This document shows, one piece after another, positions 20,571-30,484 of a stretch of DNA of 64,000 nucleotides. The translations under genes were made by a program, and so were the position numbers. A model generated the notes under the pieces. The model saw only the letters and a list, made by a program, of their open reading frames with translations. It searched no databases and had not been told where the DNA came from. The stretch is from Dehalococcoidia bacterium (GTDB lineage Bacteria > Chloroflexota > Dehalococcoidia > Plut-88900), in the NCBI GenBank assembly GCA_965207225.1, contig CBDBLV010000003.1, positions 32,001 to 96,000 on the forward strand, read 5' to 3'. The first letter of the stretch is position 1, and each line of letters starts with the position of its first letter.

Positions 20571-22301
20571 ATGTCCTTGTCCGACCACCAGCTGCTCGAC
20601 GCACTTGCCCGGCTGCCCTTCGTCGAATCGACGGAACTGGCGCTCCTCCTGGGCGAGCCCCACGCGACCGTCCATCGCAGATTGTCCGAGCTGCTGACCG
20701 ACGGCGTCGTGGGGAAGGCCACCCACGGCACCGTCCACCTGCCGTCGAGCGGGAGATACTTCATCGCCGCCGACGGCATCGGCGAGACCGCCGACCTCCT
20801 GAGCTACGACACGCCCTCGGACTTCGTGCGGGCCTATCCCATGAGCAGGGAGTGGCTGAACCTGCTCCTGCGCCGCATGGACGCGGTGGCCGCAGTCTAC
20901 CGCCTGGCCGCCACCATGTCCCCCGGCTCGGATTCACATCAGACCCGCGTGGAGTTCCACCGCAAGGGGCGGTTCGACGCCGTGATCACCCTCCACGACG
21001 GCCGCAGCTTTGGCGTGGTGCGTCAGGGTCTCGCCCTGCGGCGGCGGTCCCTCTACGACCGGCTGAAGGCCATAGCGCAGTACAACCACAGCCGACGCCC
21101 CGACGTGATTCTCATCCTGGTGCCCAGCGTGTGGGAGCGGAGGCAGACGGGGAGCTTCTGCGAACGGGTCGATCTGACGGACTTCTTCATCGCCGTGGAG
21201 TCCAGGACCGCCCTGGAAAGACGGAACCGCCGCGTCTGGCAGGAGACGACGGGGTGGGTCGGGAACGTCTTCCACACGTTGGAAGATGTCATCTCCCGGG
21301 GCAGGACAGGCAGAAGACGACGCCCCCTCACCGCGTCGCCGGAGCGGAAGCGAGCTTCCCTGCCTCAACCTGAGCGGATGGTGCAGACCGCCCCGGCCTT
21401 CGGCCCCAGCCCCTCGGAGAAGCGGACGCTGGACCTGATCACCGACCACCCCATGATCCCCCGCGAGCACCTGGCCCTCTGGCTCGGCGTCTCCGATGGA
21501 AGACTCAGCCAGATGATGCGCAGCCTGGTGAAGACCTGGGGCCTCGTGGAGCGTCACGGCAAACGCGGAGAAGTTCGCTACACGCTGTCCGACGAGGGGA
21601 TACGCTACGTCACCCACCGGGACCGGGCGGAGCTGCCCACCACGCGGGGCATCTGGAGCACGGAGCTCACCACTGACAAAGAGGAACGCCCACGACACGT
21701 GGGGCACCGCATCGAGACGTGGGCGCGGCAGACGAAACACGCCGACGGCATCACCTGGTTCCTGTCGAAGCTGAAAGCCGAAACCCGTTCCGACCCCGAC
21801 AGCGCGCTGGTGTGGGTGGTTCCCACGGCCAGGTCGGACCGGGCCTACAACTGGGGCCGCTCCGCCATCGCCCCCGACGCCGTGGGGCATCTTCTCGCCG
21901 GTGGCCATCCCGTGCCCTTCTACCTTGAGCACGAGCTTAGAGCCCGTCACCCCAGGGGAGTGATCGCCCGCCTGGACCCCTACGAAGACTACTACTGGTC
22001 GAATGAGCAGAAAGAGGACCTGCCGCCGTACCCGGTCACGCTGTTCGTCGTGGACACCGAGGAGGTGGAGGAGACCTACGTGAGCACCGCAGGCCGGATG
22101 CACCGGATGTCGCTGCCCATCCTGGCGTCCTGCACGCCCGTGCTGTCACGCCGGGGGATACTGGGGGAGTCCTGGCGTCCCTTGTGGGAGCCGTCCTCCC
22201 CCCGACTGGCGTTGTCAGGGCTGAGCGTCTACCAGTGGGACGGTCTCTACCACCGGATGCGGCAGAGTCCTGTAGAGGCATCCTATAGAAGGGGGCGATA
22301 A
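20571..22301 (+). CDS. wHTH plus replication-relaxation-like (PD-(D/E)XK) protein, intact copy
   Basis: Two wHTH segments; C-terminal H...IAPDA...FYLEHE...Y..YY pattern like Replic_Relax; three paralogs in the window. Confidence 0.65.
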   Translation: MSLSDHQLLDALARLPFVESTELALLLGEPHATVHRRLSELLTDGVVGKATHGTVHLPSSGRYFIAADGIGETADLLSYDTPSDFVRAYPMSREWLNLLLRRMDAVAAVYRLAATMSPGSDSHQTRVEFHRKGRFDAVITLHDGRSFGVVRQGLALRRRSLYDRLKAIAQYNHSRRPDVILILVPSVWERRQTGSFCERVDLTDFFIAVESRTALERRNRRVWQETTGWVGNVFHTLEDVISRGRTGRRRRPLTASPERKRASLPQPERMVQTAPAFGPSPSEKRTLDLITDHPMIPREHLALWLGVSDGRLSQMMRSLVKTWGLVERHGKRGEVRYTLSDEGIRYVTHRDRAELPTTRGIWSTELTTDKEERPRHVGHRIETWARQTKHADGITWFLSKLKAETRSDPDSALVWVVPTARSDRAYNWGRSAIAPDAVGHLLAGGHPVPFYLEHELRARHPRGVIARLDPYEDYYWSNEQKEDLPPYPVTLFVVDTEEVEETYVSTAGRMHRMSLPILASCTPVLSRRGILGESWRPLWEPSSPRLALSGLSVYQWDGLYHRMRQSPVEASYRRGR

Positions 22302-22860
22302 CGTGATACATAGATAGCACCGATGCGTCGCTATCTGCCCTCCCTGCTGTCTGGGGGCCGTAAAAGTGGACATTTTGTCCAGTAGGCGGGGTCTGGAGGG
22401 GGCCGAAGACCGGTCATTTGCCCCTGATTCAGCTACGAAACGGCCTTTCGGACCCCTCGACCGGTCAACGACTGAAAATGCAAGTCTCGGAGAAGCTATG
22501 CTAAAATACGTCACCGCTCAAAACACGCCCGAATTGCACTTTTACCACCTCGACCGGTCAGCCGTTGGAGGGGGATTTAGCTACGGATGCCCCTGTCCGT
22601 GGAGTCTGAGGCATCGATTGGGACATGATCTGGAACTCCAGTGGCGTCCCCGGCCCACGTTGGCCCACCGGAAATTGCAGGAATTGAGGTGGGGGTGTGC
22701 GACGCGAAACGGGGTGGTGGGCAGGAACGGACATTTCGGGCCACGCAGGTTTGGATTTATGCAACGATCGGGGAGATTGGCTAAAAATTGTGACCGGTCG
22801 GTGTCAAGGGCTGGTTCCGCCGAAAATTGCAGAAGCGGCCCATCCCAATAGAGGACGAAA
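22302..22860. promoter_or_regulatory. Conserved non-coding cis region with four GACCGGTC palindromes (candidate ori/oriT)
   Basis: GACCGGTC at 22408, 22459, 22552, 22792; homologous to 31699-32245 and 47776-48305. Confidence 0.6.
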
Positions 22861-23328
22861 ATGACATCTCGGAAGTCGAAGATGAAATCGGGGGCCGGAG
22901 ACGTTAAGCCCGACCAGAAGTGGGTCGTGGAGTACCTCGTCCAGCGCGAAGGGCAGCGCAAGACGGCGGCCCTCCTGGGGGTGAACCGGAAGACGGTGGC
23001 CCTGGCCCTGAGCAAAGAGCGCTTGACGGGCAGGATGACCCTGGCCGTCAAGCGGTTCATGGCCAGCTTGGACGATCCCGATGGGGAGAGGGCGAGTCCC
23101 TTGGACAGGCTGGAGGCGAGGATACAGGTGGCGCTCGAAGTGGCGCACGAGCTGGCGGCGCTGGTGGAGAGCTTGACCCAGCGCGTCGAGGCCCTGGAGG
23201 CGGCGCGGCAGGAAGATGATGCCGGGGGCCGGGCGTCGGATGCGCCCGACGCCGGGGGCCGTGGTCTGCGCCTGTTGGACCGGTGGCGGAGACGGAGAGC
23301 GCAGGACGAGGACGAGAGCGATGGCTGA
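22861..23328 (+). CDS. HTH plus coiled-coil element protein
   Basis: GQRKTAALLGVNRKTV; three paralogs. Confidence 0.75.
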   Translation: MTSRKSKMKSGAGDVKPDQKWVVEYLVQREGQRKTAALLGVNRKTVALALSKERLTGRMTLAVKRFMASLDDPDGERASPLDRLEARIQVALEVAHELAALVESLTQRVEALEAARQEDDAGGRASDAPDAGGRGLRLLDRWRRRRAQDEDESDG

Positions 23329-23764
23329 GCGGGTGCGCTGGGTGGCGAAGGCGGAGGCGGCGCGGGAGATGGAAGTCTCCATCTCGACCCTTGACCGGAT
23401 GATCCGGCGGGCAGAGGTCGAGGTGCGCAGGGAAGGCCGCCGGGTTTACGTGCGGATCGAGGGGCCGGAGCGCGTGGACGACGAGGAACTGCTGCGCCGG
23501 GCTCTTGGCCGGGAGGACAAGCTTCAACGGAGGCTGGTGGATTTGGACCGGCGGGCACTGGCGTTGGAGCGGGAGCGGGACGAGGCGGTGCACGCCGCGT
23601 CCACCGACAGGCAGGCCCTTGAGGAGGTTGAGGAGGCGTATCAGAAGGAACGGGCCGGGCACGAGAAGACGAAGGAAGGACTCATCGCGGCCCGCGTGAC
23701 CGCCTTGGTGCTGTTAGCGCTGCTGATTGGCAGCGTTCTTCTGTGGTGGCTCGTGCTGAGATAG
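23321..23764 (+). CDS. Excisionase-like HTH, coiled coil and C-terminal transmembrane helix
   Basis: KAEAAREMEVSISTLDRMIRR; hydrophobic C-terminus; three paralogs. Confidence 0.7.
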   Translation: MAERVRWVAKAEAAREMEVSISTLDRMIRRAEVEVRREGRRVYVRIEGPERVDDEELLRRALGREDKLQRRLVDLDRRALALERERDEAVHAASTDRQALEEVEEAYQKERAGHEKTKEGLIAARVTALVLLALLIGSVLLWWLVLR

Positions 23765-23959
23765 AGACAGCGTCGCAGGCGCATCAATGCAGGGAGAACT
23801 GGCAGTGGGATTAACGTTGACTGTGACGCTTCGAGGTTGCCTCACCCGCGAGCTAAGTAATATGATTCAGATAGGTATCACCGAGTAAGCAGCGTGCGTT
23901 TGGCAAGCAAGGAACCGAATTGACAGAGGCGAGTTTGCACTGCGGGATCAGGTGTAGTT

Positions 23960-24445
23960 ATGGCCAATCCGCGGCACCCTGATAAGTTGATCTACCTCCA
24001 CGTGGCAAAAGGGAAGATATTGCCTCGGGTGGTCCCGCTTGTTGTGCTCATCGTCGTGTTCTTGGCCTCAGCCTGTGGATTGACTAACCAGGAAACCGCT
24101 CCAACACGCAAACATCTCACAGCCGAACAGTTCTACAATTCGTTGAAGAGTGAGCTCAAGAGCAATCCGACCCGGTTGAAGTCGTTGGTGGGTCAAGAGC
24201 TACGTCCCTTCGAGGGTGAAATAACCAATATCGAAGGAGCAAGCATCCAGTTTCACGTCGATAAACGCTTCCTCAGGAGGGACCACTACATAACATGCAC
24301 TTTTCGTTCGAGCACTGATGTAGTACCTCTCAACAACGGAGAATATGTAGCGGTACAGGGGGTACTAGAAGAAGCGTTTCCCAATTCCTTCATGGCCGAA
24401 GCTGGGGCAGTGAAACTCAGGAACTGTCGACAGGTCGATAGGTAA
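23960..24445 (+). CDS. Putative OB-fold lipoprotein
   Basis: ASAC lipobox; G..V.VQG...L.NC ending. Confidence 0.55.
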   Translation: MANPRHPDKLIYLHVAKGKILPRVVPLVVLIVVFLASACGLTNQETAPTRKHLTAEQFYNSLKSELKSNPTRLKSLVGQELRPFEGEITNIEGASIQFHVDKRFLRRDHYITCTFRSSTDVVPLNNGEYVAVQGVLEEAFPNSFMAEAGAVKLRNCRQVDR

Positions 24446-25127
24446 ATGGCCTGCAAATCCCCACCCTTCCCGTCACAGTAGAACCCCGTATCAGTCTCGC
24501 ATAAGTTTGTGGCCGGGACCAATGGTGATCGGGGAGTTTGGCGGTGTCTTGTGTCCCCCATTGGGAGGTGATCTGTGCATCTCCTCGAACTATGCCGTCG
24601 AGTACATGTCCGACGAGGTTGTTGTAGAGAAGCCATCATTCAAGGTAACGAGGAATACAGATGAGTGAAGATAAGGGTGAGCGTGTCGTAACACAAAAGG
24701 AGATCATGGGAAGCCTTGTGGCTGTCAGATCAGTGCTGGAGCGCGCGCTGAATCTGTTGACGCGCGAGCAGTTGCAGTTCATGCATGAGGTTGAAGCGGG
24801 CACTTACGTGCACTGTGGGGTGACCGGAGGCCTGATGACTTCACCTCCGGCATCTTAGAAGAGTATGACCGCCTCACGTTCAGGCTTCGTCATAAAGTGC
24901 ACCTCCTTGATACTGGCCAAAGGGAATCGCGGCGCAGTGATGCGATAGACCGGCAATCCTTCCGCCGTAAGTGTGAGATGCTGGCAGTGCCTCCTCTCTT
25001 GACCTTGCCAATTCGAGATGCCCGAAGTGTGGAAGTTACGAATTCCTTGAACTTATCTAGCGTCACGATGCCCCCGACGCTCACCTAAGTTGGGGGGAAT
25101 TGATACAGCGCCCGGAGTAGACTCTAC

Positions 25128-25178
25128 TTGACAATCGCCTCTCAATTCGGTCATGATACGAGTATGACGTGGTCATAC
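25128..25178 (+). promoter_or_regulatory. Sigma70-like promoter with palindromic operator
   Basis: TTGACA-N18-CATGAT followed by GTATGAC-gtg-GTCATAC. Confidence 0.6.
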
Positions 25179-25196
25179 AATAGGAGGTAGGAGAGA

Positions 25197-25394
25197 GTGC
25201 CCACGACCCGGAAGGCCATCACCTTCTCCATGCCTCCGGAGATGGCCGAGCAGGTGCAGCAGATGGTGAAGGAAGAGGGCCGCACCATGAGTGAGTTCCT
25301 CCGCGATGCCATCCGCCTATACATGGAGGAGCGGGAGTGGCTGCGGCAGGAGCGCCGCCAACGGGCGAATGCCCGCAGGAGCGACCAGGAATGA
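25197..25394 (+). CDS. CopG/ribbon-helix-helix regulator
   Basis: ITFSMPPEMAEQV...RTMSEFLRDAIRLY. Confidence 0.85.
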   Translation: MPTTRKAITFSMPPEMAEQVQQMVKEEGRTMSEFLRDAIRLYMEEREWLRQERRQRANARRSDQE

Positions 25395-25408
25395 GTAAGG
25401 AGGACGAC

Positions 25409-27073
25409 ATGACGAAGAAGCACCTACAGCCGCTGACACCGGCGGCGCTCTACGCCAGGGTGTCCAGCGACCGGCAGGACGTGGACCTGTCCGTGTCCGC
25501 CCAGCTAAGGGCGCTCAAGGAGTACGCGAAGGCCAACGGCTACTCCGTGGCCCGCGAGTACGTGGACGAGGCCGAGAGCGGCCGCGTCGCCGACCGGCCC
25601 CAGTTCCGAGAGATGATCGAGGAAGGCAGCAAGGCCAAGGCTCCTTTTGACGTGATTCTCGTCTGGAAGTTTTCGAGGTTCACCCGCAAGCGGGAGCACG
25701 CCGTGGCCTTCAAGTCCCAGCTCAGACGCAAGGGCATCCGCGTGGTGTCCATCACCGAACAGGCCGAGGACAACGCCACCGGCAGGCTGCTTGAGGGCAT
25801 CATCGAGAGCGTCGATGAATACTACAGCGAGAATCTTGCCCAGGAGGTCGTCCGGGGCATGAGAGAAGCCGCGTCGAGGGGCTTCTTCCTCGCCTCCAAC
25901 GCCCCCTTCGGCTACAGGAAGATCAAGGTGCAGGACGGTCCCAAGGAGCGCCCCTCGCTTGAGGTAGACCCGGCCACGGCTCCTGTAGTGAAGGAGATAT
26001 TCGAGAAGTCCCTGCGGGGCAGCGGCCTCAAGGAGCTGTGCAAGGAGCTGAACGACCGGGGCATCACCAACAGGGGGAAGCGCTGGTACAAGGGCGGTCT
26101 CCACTACGTACTGAGAAACGAGGCGTACACCGGCACCGCCGTCTGGGGCAAGACGAACAAGGGTGGCGAGGCACCGGACCCGGTGAGGGTTGAGGGAGCG
26201 TGGCCCGCCCTGGTTTCGAGGGAGCTGTTCGAGGACGTGCAACAGGCGATGAGCGAGCGTGCCCCGAAGGTGCAGAGGCCCGGTAGAGTGGGGAGCAAGT
26301 ATCTCCTGAGCGGGCTGCTCAAGTGCGGGGTGTGCGGCAGGCCCTACTCGGCCCAGGGAGCCAAGAGCGGCCAGTTCGCCTACTACATCTGCGGCACCCT
26401 GTTCAGGGAGGGAGCGGGGACGTGCAGCGCCGGCTACCTGAACGCCCCGAAGCTGGAGACCTTCGTGGTGGAGAAGATCAGGGAACGGATACTGAACGAG
26501 GAGACCATCGTGGCCCTGGTGCAGCTTGTGGCCGAGGAGACCGACGCCATGGCCGGAGAGCTGTCCGGCAGGCTGGAGGTCGTCGAGGCAGAGCTAGGGG
26601 ACGTGAGGAAGCGGCTTGAGAAGCTCTACGAGGCCATCGAGACCAGCGAGCTGACCGTTGAGGTCTTGTCGCCCCGCATCATGTCCCTGAGGCATCGTGA
26701 GGAGCAGTTGGAGGCTGCGAGAGAGGACGCCGAGACCCAGCTTGAGCAGAGGCGAGTGGAGCTGCCCGACACCGAGGAGATAGCCCGGTACGTGGCGGAC
26801 TTCCGGGACTTCCTGAAGGAGGGGACGATCCCGGAGAAGAAGGCGCTCATCCGCAATTTCGTGGAGGGCATCGAGGTGGCGGGAAACGATGCGACGCTGA
26901 CGTACACGGTCCCCATGCCGAGCGATGGGGTGACCAGGGAGTCGGCCTCGGTTCTTGATTTCGTCAAGTCCAGCCCACCAGACTTGACGGTAGACAGAAC
27001 CGGGGAGTGGAGAGCCACCTCCTCGGCGTCCCTTCCGCCTATCGGAGCATCCTCCGGCATAGGGATGGAGTAG
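25409..27073 (+). CDS. Large serine recombinase, type A
   Basis: YARVSS catalytic motif; recombinase domain; CGVCG..C..C zinc ribbon; AGGAGG RBS. Confidence 0.95.
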   Translation: MTKKHLQPLTPAALYARVSSDRQDVDLSVSAQLRALKEYAKANGYSVAREYVDEAESGRVADRPQFREMIEEGSKAKAPFDVILVWKFSRFTRKREHAVAFKSQLRRKGIRVVSITEQAEDNATGRLLEGIIESVDEYYSENLAQEVVRGMREAASRGFFLASNAPFGYRKIKVQDGPKERPSLEVDPATAPVVKEIFEKSLRGSGLKELCKELNDRGITNRGKRWYKGGLHYVLRNEAYTGTAVWGKTNKGGEAPDPVRVEGAWPALVSRELFEDVQQAMSERAPKVQRPGRVGSKYLLSGLLKCGVCGRPYSAQGAKSGQFAYYICGTLFREGAGTCSAGYLNAPKLETFVVEKIRERILNEETIVALVQLVAEETDAMAGELSGRLEVVEAELGDVRKRLEKLYEAIETSELTVEVLSPRIMSLRHREEQLEAAREDAETQLEQRRVELPDTEEIARYVADFRDFLKEGTIPEKKALIRNFVEGIEVAGNDATLTYTVPMPSDGVTRESASVLDFVKSSPPDLTVDRTGEWRATSSASLPPIGASSGIGME

Positions 27074-28557
27074 CGCAGCAAAGCATTGCCGGGCATGACC
27101 ACGATCTCCTTGACGAAGGACTCAATGAAGGCCCTGCGCTCCGTCAGTTCGCTCTTGTTGAGGAAGAGGCTCATGTCCTGGGCGTAGGCCGTGATGGTAT
27201 CCACGTCGTCCAGGACCTCCCTGCGCTGCGAGAGCATAGCCCTGGCCTCCTGCGCCGACATCTCCAGCTTCTCCTGCCGCTCCCGGTGGTCTCTGATGCG
27301 GGGCTTGAAGTCCTCGATGTCCAGGTCGGTGGTCTCCGCCAGGTCGTAGAGCCGTCCCAGCCTGCGCTTCACGTCATCAAGCTCCGACTCGATGGTCTCC
27401 AGCTTCTGCCGCTGCTCCCTGGCGATGCCGTCCATCTCCTCGTCTACCAGCTTCACCAGCTCCCGGATGTTGGAGTCGGTGAGCACATTCTGACGTATCT
27501 TCCCGACCACCATCTCCTCGAAGCGCCGTGCGTTGAGCCTGGGGGTCTCGCAGGCGTGCCTGCCTCGCTTCATGATGGACTGGCAGACGTAGTAGGCGTA
27601 CTTCCCGCTCTTGGCGTCCTGGCCGGAGAGCGCCCCGTCGCACGTCCTGCACCGGACCAGCCCGCTGAGCAGGTAGGTGCTTCCCACACGGCGCGGGTGC
27701 GCCTTCCTGGGGGCACGGGAGCGCATGCGCCTGTTCACTCTCTTGAACTGCGCTTTGGATATGATGCCGGGGAACGCTTTGTCCACCCTGACCGGCTCGT
27801 CCTTGCCCTTCCCGCCGACGCCCCAGAGAAGGGTTCCCGTGTAGGCTTCGTTGCGGAGGATGATGTGGACGCCGTTCTTGGACCAGAGCCTGCCGGTGGG
27901 GTTGGCGACGCCCTCGGCGTTGAGGGTCTGGGTGATGTCCAGGATGCCTCTGCCCGACTCGGCCATATTGAAGATGCGCTGCACCACGGGAGCGGTTGCG
28001 GGATCGGGCTCCAGGGTGGGGCGCTTCTTGGCCCCGTCCTGCACCATGCGCTTGCTGTAGCCGTAGGGCACCCGGCTGGCGACCCAGAAGCCGCGTGAGG
28101 CGGCCTCCCGCATCCCCCGCCGAACTTCTTCCGCCAAATTTTCGCTGTAGAACTCATCGACGCTCTCGATGATGGCCTCCATGAGCCTGCCGGTGGCGGA
28201 GTCGTCGGCGTGCTCGGTGATGGAGACGACGCGGACGCCCTTCCGTCTCAGCATGGACTTGAAGGCGACGGCGTGCTCCCGCTTGCGGGTGAAGCGACTG
28301 AATTTCCAGACCAGAATCTCGGCAAAAGGTGCCTCGGGCTTGCTGGCCTCGTCCAGCATCTTGCGGAACTCCGGGCGGTCGGCGATACGGCCGCTCTCAG
28401 CCTCGTCGATGTACTCCCTAGCCACGAAGTAGCTGTTCTTGTCGGCGTAGTCCCTGAGCGCCCTCAGCTGGGCCGCAACGGACAGGTCCACGTCCTGGCG
28501 GTCGCTGGACACCCTGGCGTACAGGGCCACCGGCGTGTTGTTATTCGTCTGTTTCAT
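26626..28557 (-). CDS. Large serine recombinase, type B
   Basis: YARVSS; CRTC..C..C zinc ribbon; the last ~115 aa read antisense into recombinase A. Confidence 0.95.
   Translation of the reverse strand: MKQTNNNTPVALYARVSSDRQDVDLSVAAQLRALRDYADKNSYFVAREYIDEAESGRIADRPEFRKMLDEASKPEAPFAEILVWKFSRFTRKREHAVAFKSMLRRKGVRVVSITEHADDSATGRLMEAIIESVDEFYSENLAEEVRRGMREAASRGFWVASRVPYGYSKRMVQDGAKKRPTLEPDPATAPVVQRIFNMAESGRGILDITQTLNAEGVANPTGRLWSKNGVHIILRNEAYTGTLLWGVGGKGKDEPVRVDKAFPGIISKAQFKRVNRRMRSRAPRKAHPRRVGSTYLLSGLVRCRTCDGALSGQDAKSGKYAYYVCQSIMKRGRHACETPRLNARRFEEMVVGKIRQNVLTDSNIRELVKLVDEEMDGIAREQRQKLETIESELDDVKRRLGRLYDLAETTDLDIEDFKPRIRDHRERQEKLEMSAQEARAMLSQRREVLDDVDTITAYAQDMSLFLNKSELTERRAFIESFVKEIVVMPGNALLRYSIPMPEDAPIGGRDAEEVALHSPVLSTVKSGGLDLTKSRTEADSLVTPSLGMGTVYVSVASFPATSMPSTKLRMSAFFSGIVPSFRKSRKSATYRAISSVSGSSTRLCSSWVSASSLAASNCSSRCLRDMMRGDKTSTVSSLVSMAS
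26950..27001. other. Head-to-head hybrid att site (A arm, core, B arm)
   Basis: GGTTCTTGATTTCGTCAAGTC-CAGCCCACCA-GACTTGACGGTAGACAGAACC. Confidence 0.85.
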
Positions 28558-28687
28558 GGGTGCGTTCCTCCTCCCAGACTACATACGGAGTCTTACTCAG
28601 TATCATGATGTATCCGGTCATTCATTGTCAAGGATCAGGAGTTTTGGAGGAGTTCCTTAGACGTAGAGCCAACTGATACTGACCTGC

Positions 28688-29971
28688 CTACCGGATCTTG
28701 CCAATCTCGTACTCCACGGCACTCAGTGACCCCCGCGCAGACTCCAGTTGTCGGGTAGATAGAAAGGCCCTTTGCTTCGCTTCGCTCCAAGTGCGCCTCC
28801 CCTTCTCAGAATAGAACAGAGCAACATTGTCGAGGCTTGCCACAAGCCTTTGGAAAGCCAGGTCGACGTCGCTGCATTCATACGGAGCAAGCGGCATGTT
28901 CGAAAACTCTTCTTCAATCTGGCTAATTCTAGTGCGTGATGCCTCGGTCCTCGACAAGAACACATCCTCCGAGACGATACCGTCTGTTAGCATGGCACTT
29001 TGTCCCTCTATCGCTGTAAGCAGCCCAGATATCTCGCATTTGAGCGAGAGGGCACTAGTGAGATACTCTGCCTTTGTCGCAGTGTTCTTAGCAACGTGTC
29101 GAGCCAGTTCTGTGTGCATTGAGTGCCAAGCAACGTATATGTGGTCTCCGATGTTTTCGCCGCACAAGTCTAACGGCCGATCTCGCTCGGGCAGATCAGG
29201 GTCAACCCAAAGACTGCGACAAACGGGGTTGCCTGTAGCGTAATCGTCGGCACTAGCATAGAGTGAAGTCCAGACGACCTTTGCCTCTGAGTCTCCCCAA
29301 CGGCCCTGGGTAAGGTGGTTCCGGTGGTATGTCCTCTTGGCACCGTCGTTCGTAAGCTGACGAACAATCGAAGCAACCTCAATTTTGTTCAAGGCTCCAT
29401 TCACAACCACTTTGAAGGAGCACCTCTTTGCCCCTTCGTGACTTACGTCCTTTTCTTCGAAGATGGTATACCGACTCACAGAAACGACCGGGGTCAAGAA
29501 GTCAACCAAAGTGGGTGCTGACGCAGAGTCAATCTTCTGGGACATCGGTATCAGGAGCTTGTAGCCTTTTCCTGTCGATATAGCTGTCTGTGAGTTTACA
29601 ACCTGCCAATAGATCTGACGATTGTCCACATCGCAAAGACACACTAGCACTGGCAGACAGTGATCAATCCAATAGTCAACGTGAGCACGGTCAGCTCTGA
29701 AAACGTAGGAATCGTCCTGTCGTTCGGTGAAGTAGCTCGGGCCGGACTTTAGTTGGATTCCTAGTAACCTGCCTGTAGCGTACTCAGCCTCAATTAATTC
29801 GGCATGAGCATCTATGCCATAGTCCGGAGCAGGTTGGGTTCTGAAGGCAAAACTGATGGCAACGAACTTGTCCATCGCCAATGCCACACCACGCTCCTCC
29901 ATTTGATGTGACTTGGGAGATTTCAAATCATCACCGCCCTTAGGAAAGCCTCTCCTATTGTCATCCAGCAT
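28688..29971 (-). CDS. DUF4365-type PD-(D/E)XK domain protein (possible defence)
   Basis: DYGIDAHAEL...IQLKSG...YW....PV; lower GC than flanks. Confidence 0.75.
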   Translation of the reverse strand: MLDDNRRGFPKGGDDLKSPKSHQMEERGVALAMDKFVAISFAFRTQPAPDYGIDAHAELIEAEYATGRLLGIQLKSGPSYFTERQDDSYVFRADRAHVDYWIDHCLPVLVCLCDVDNRQIYWQVVNSQTAISTGKGYKLLIPMSQKIDSASAPTLVDFLTPVVSVSRYTIFEEKDVSHEGAKRCSFKVVVNGALNKIEVASIVRQLTNDGAKRTYHRNHLTQGRWGDSEAKVVWTSLYASADDYATGNPVCRSLWVDPDLPERDRPLDLCGENIGDHIYVAWHSMHTELARHVAKNTATKAEYLTSALSLKCEISGLLTAIEGQSAMLTDGIVSEDVFLSRTEASRTRISQIEEEFSNMPLAPYECSDVDLAFQRLVASLDNVALFYSEKGRRTWSEAKQRAFLSTRQLESARGSLSAVEYEIGKIR

Positions 29972-30079
29972 ATCATCTGGTGGTATTGAAACGAACCTTG
30001 TACCATAGCTCGCTCCCCTAGACGCAGCCTACTCCTCAGACTTTACGAACTGCACTGCTAGGTGCCCGTAAGGGCGCGG

Positions 30080-30484
30080 TCACCCCTCCAGCGCCGACAG
30101 GAACCGGGGAGCGTTGAGGATTCTCACGCCCCGGTGTTCTCCAAGAGGCAGCAGATGCCGCCGGTCTCCGGTCACCAGGTAGTCTGCGGACGCCTCCACC
30201 GCGCACTCCAGGATGCGGTTGTCGGCGTGGCCTTCCCCGATGACCTCCGGCAGCCTGCGCGGGTAGATGACAGTGGCGGCTTTGCTCAACGTCCTGAGGG
30301 CCTCGGACGCGCGCTCCTCGTCCCAGTCGAACTTGCGTCGCAGTACCCCTGCGGCCTCCTCCAGGATGAAGGAGGACAGGTAGAGATCGAACCGTCCCCT
30401 GACGGCCAGTTCGAGCACCAGCCGCTCGTTGCCGGGGAAGTTCAGGCCCGAAACGATGACGTTGGTGTCGAGGACGACCCTCAT
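30080..30484 (-). CDS. PIN-domain toxin
   Basis: VVLDTNVIVS...DNRILECAV..ADYLVTGD. Confidence 0.9.
   Translation of the reverse strand: MRVVLDTNVIVSGLNFPGNERLVLELAVRGRFDLYLSSFILEEAAGVLRRKFDWDEERASEALRTLSKAATVIYPRRLPEVIGEGHADNRILECAVEASADYLVTGDRRHLLPLGEHRGVRILNAPRFLSALEG

Larger units (their letters stand above)
9973..26975 (+). mobile_element. Integrative element A (type-A serine recombinase)
   Basis: Left att arm plus orphan recombinase tail at 9973-10023; backbone at 20.5-27 kb; right att site at 26950-27001. Confidence 0.7.

Noticed and set aside
22366-22851. ORFs within the conserved spacer (also 31708..31899 and 48102..48296)
   Set aside because: Starts, lengths and frames differ among the three copies while the DNA motifs persist.
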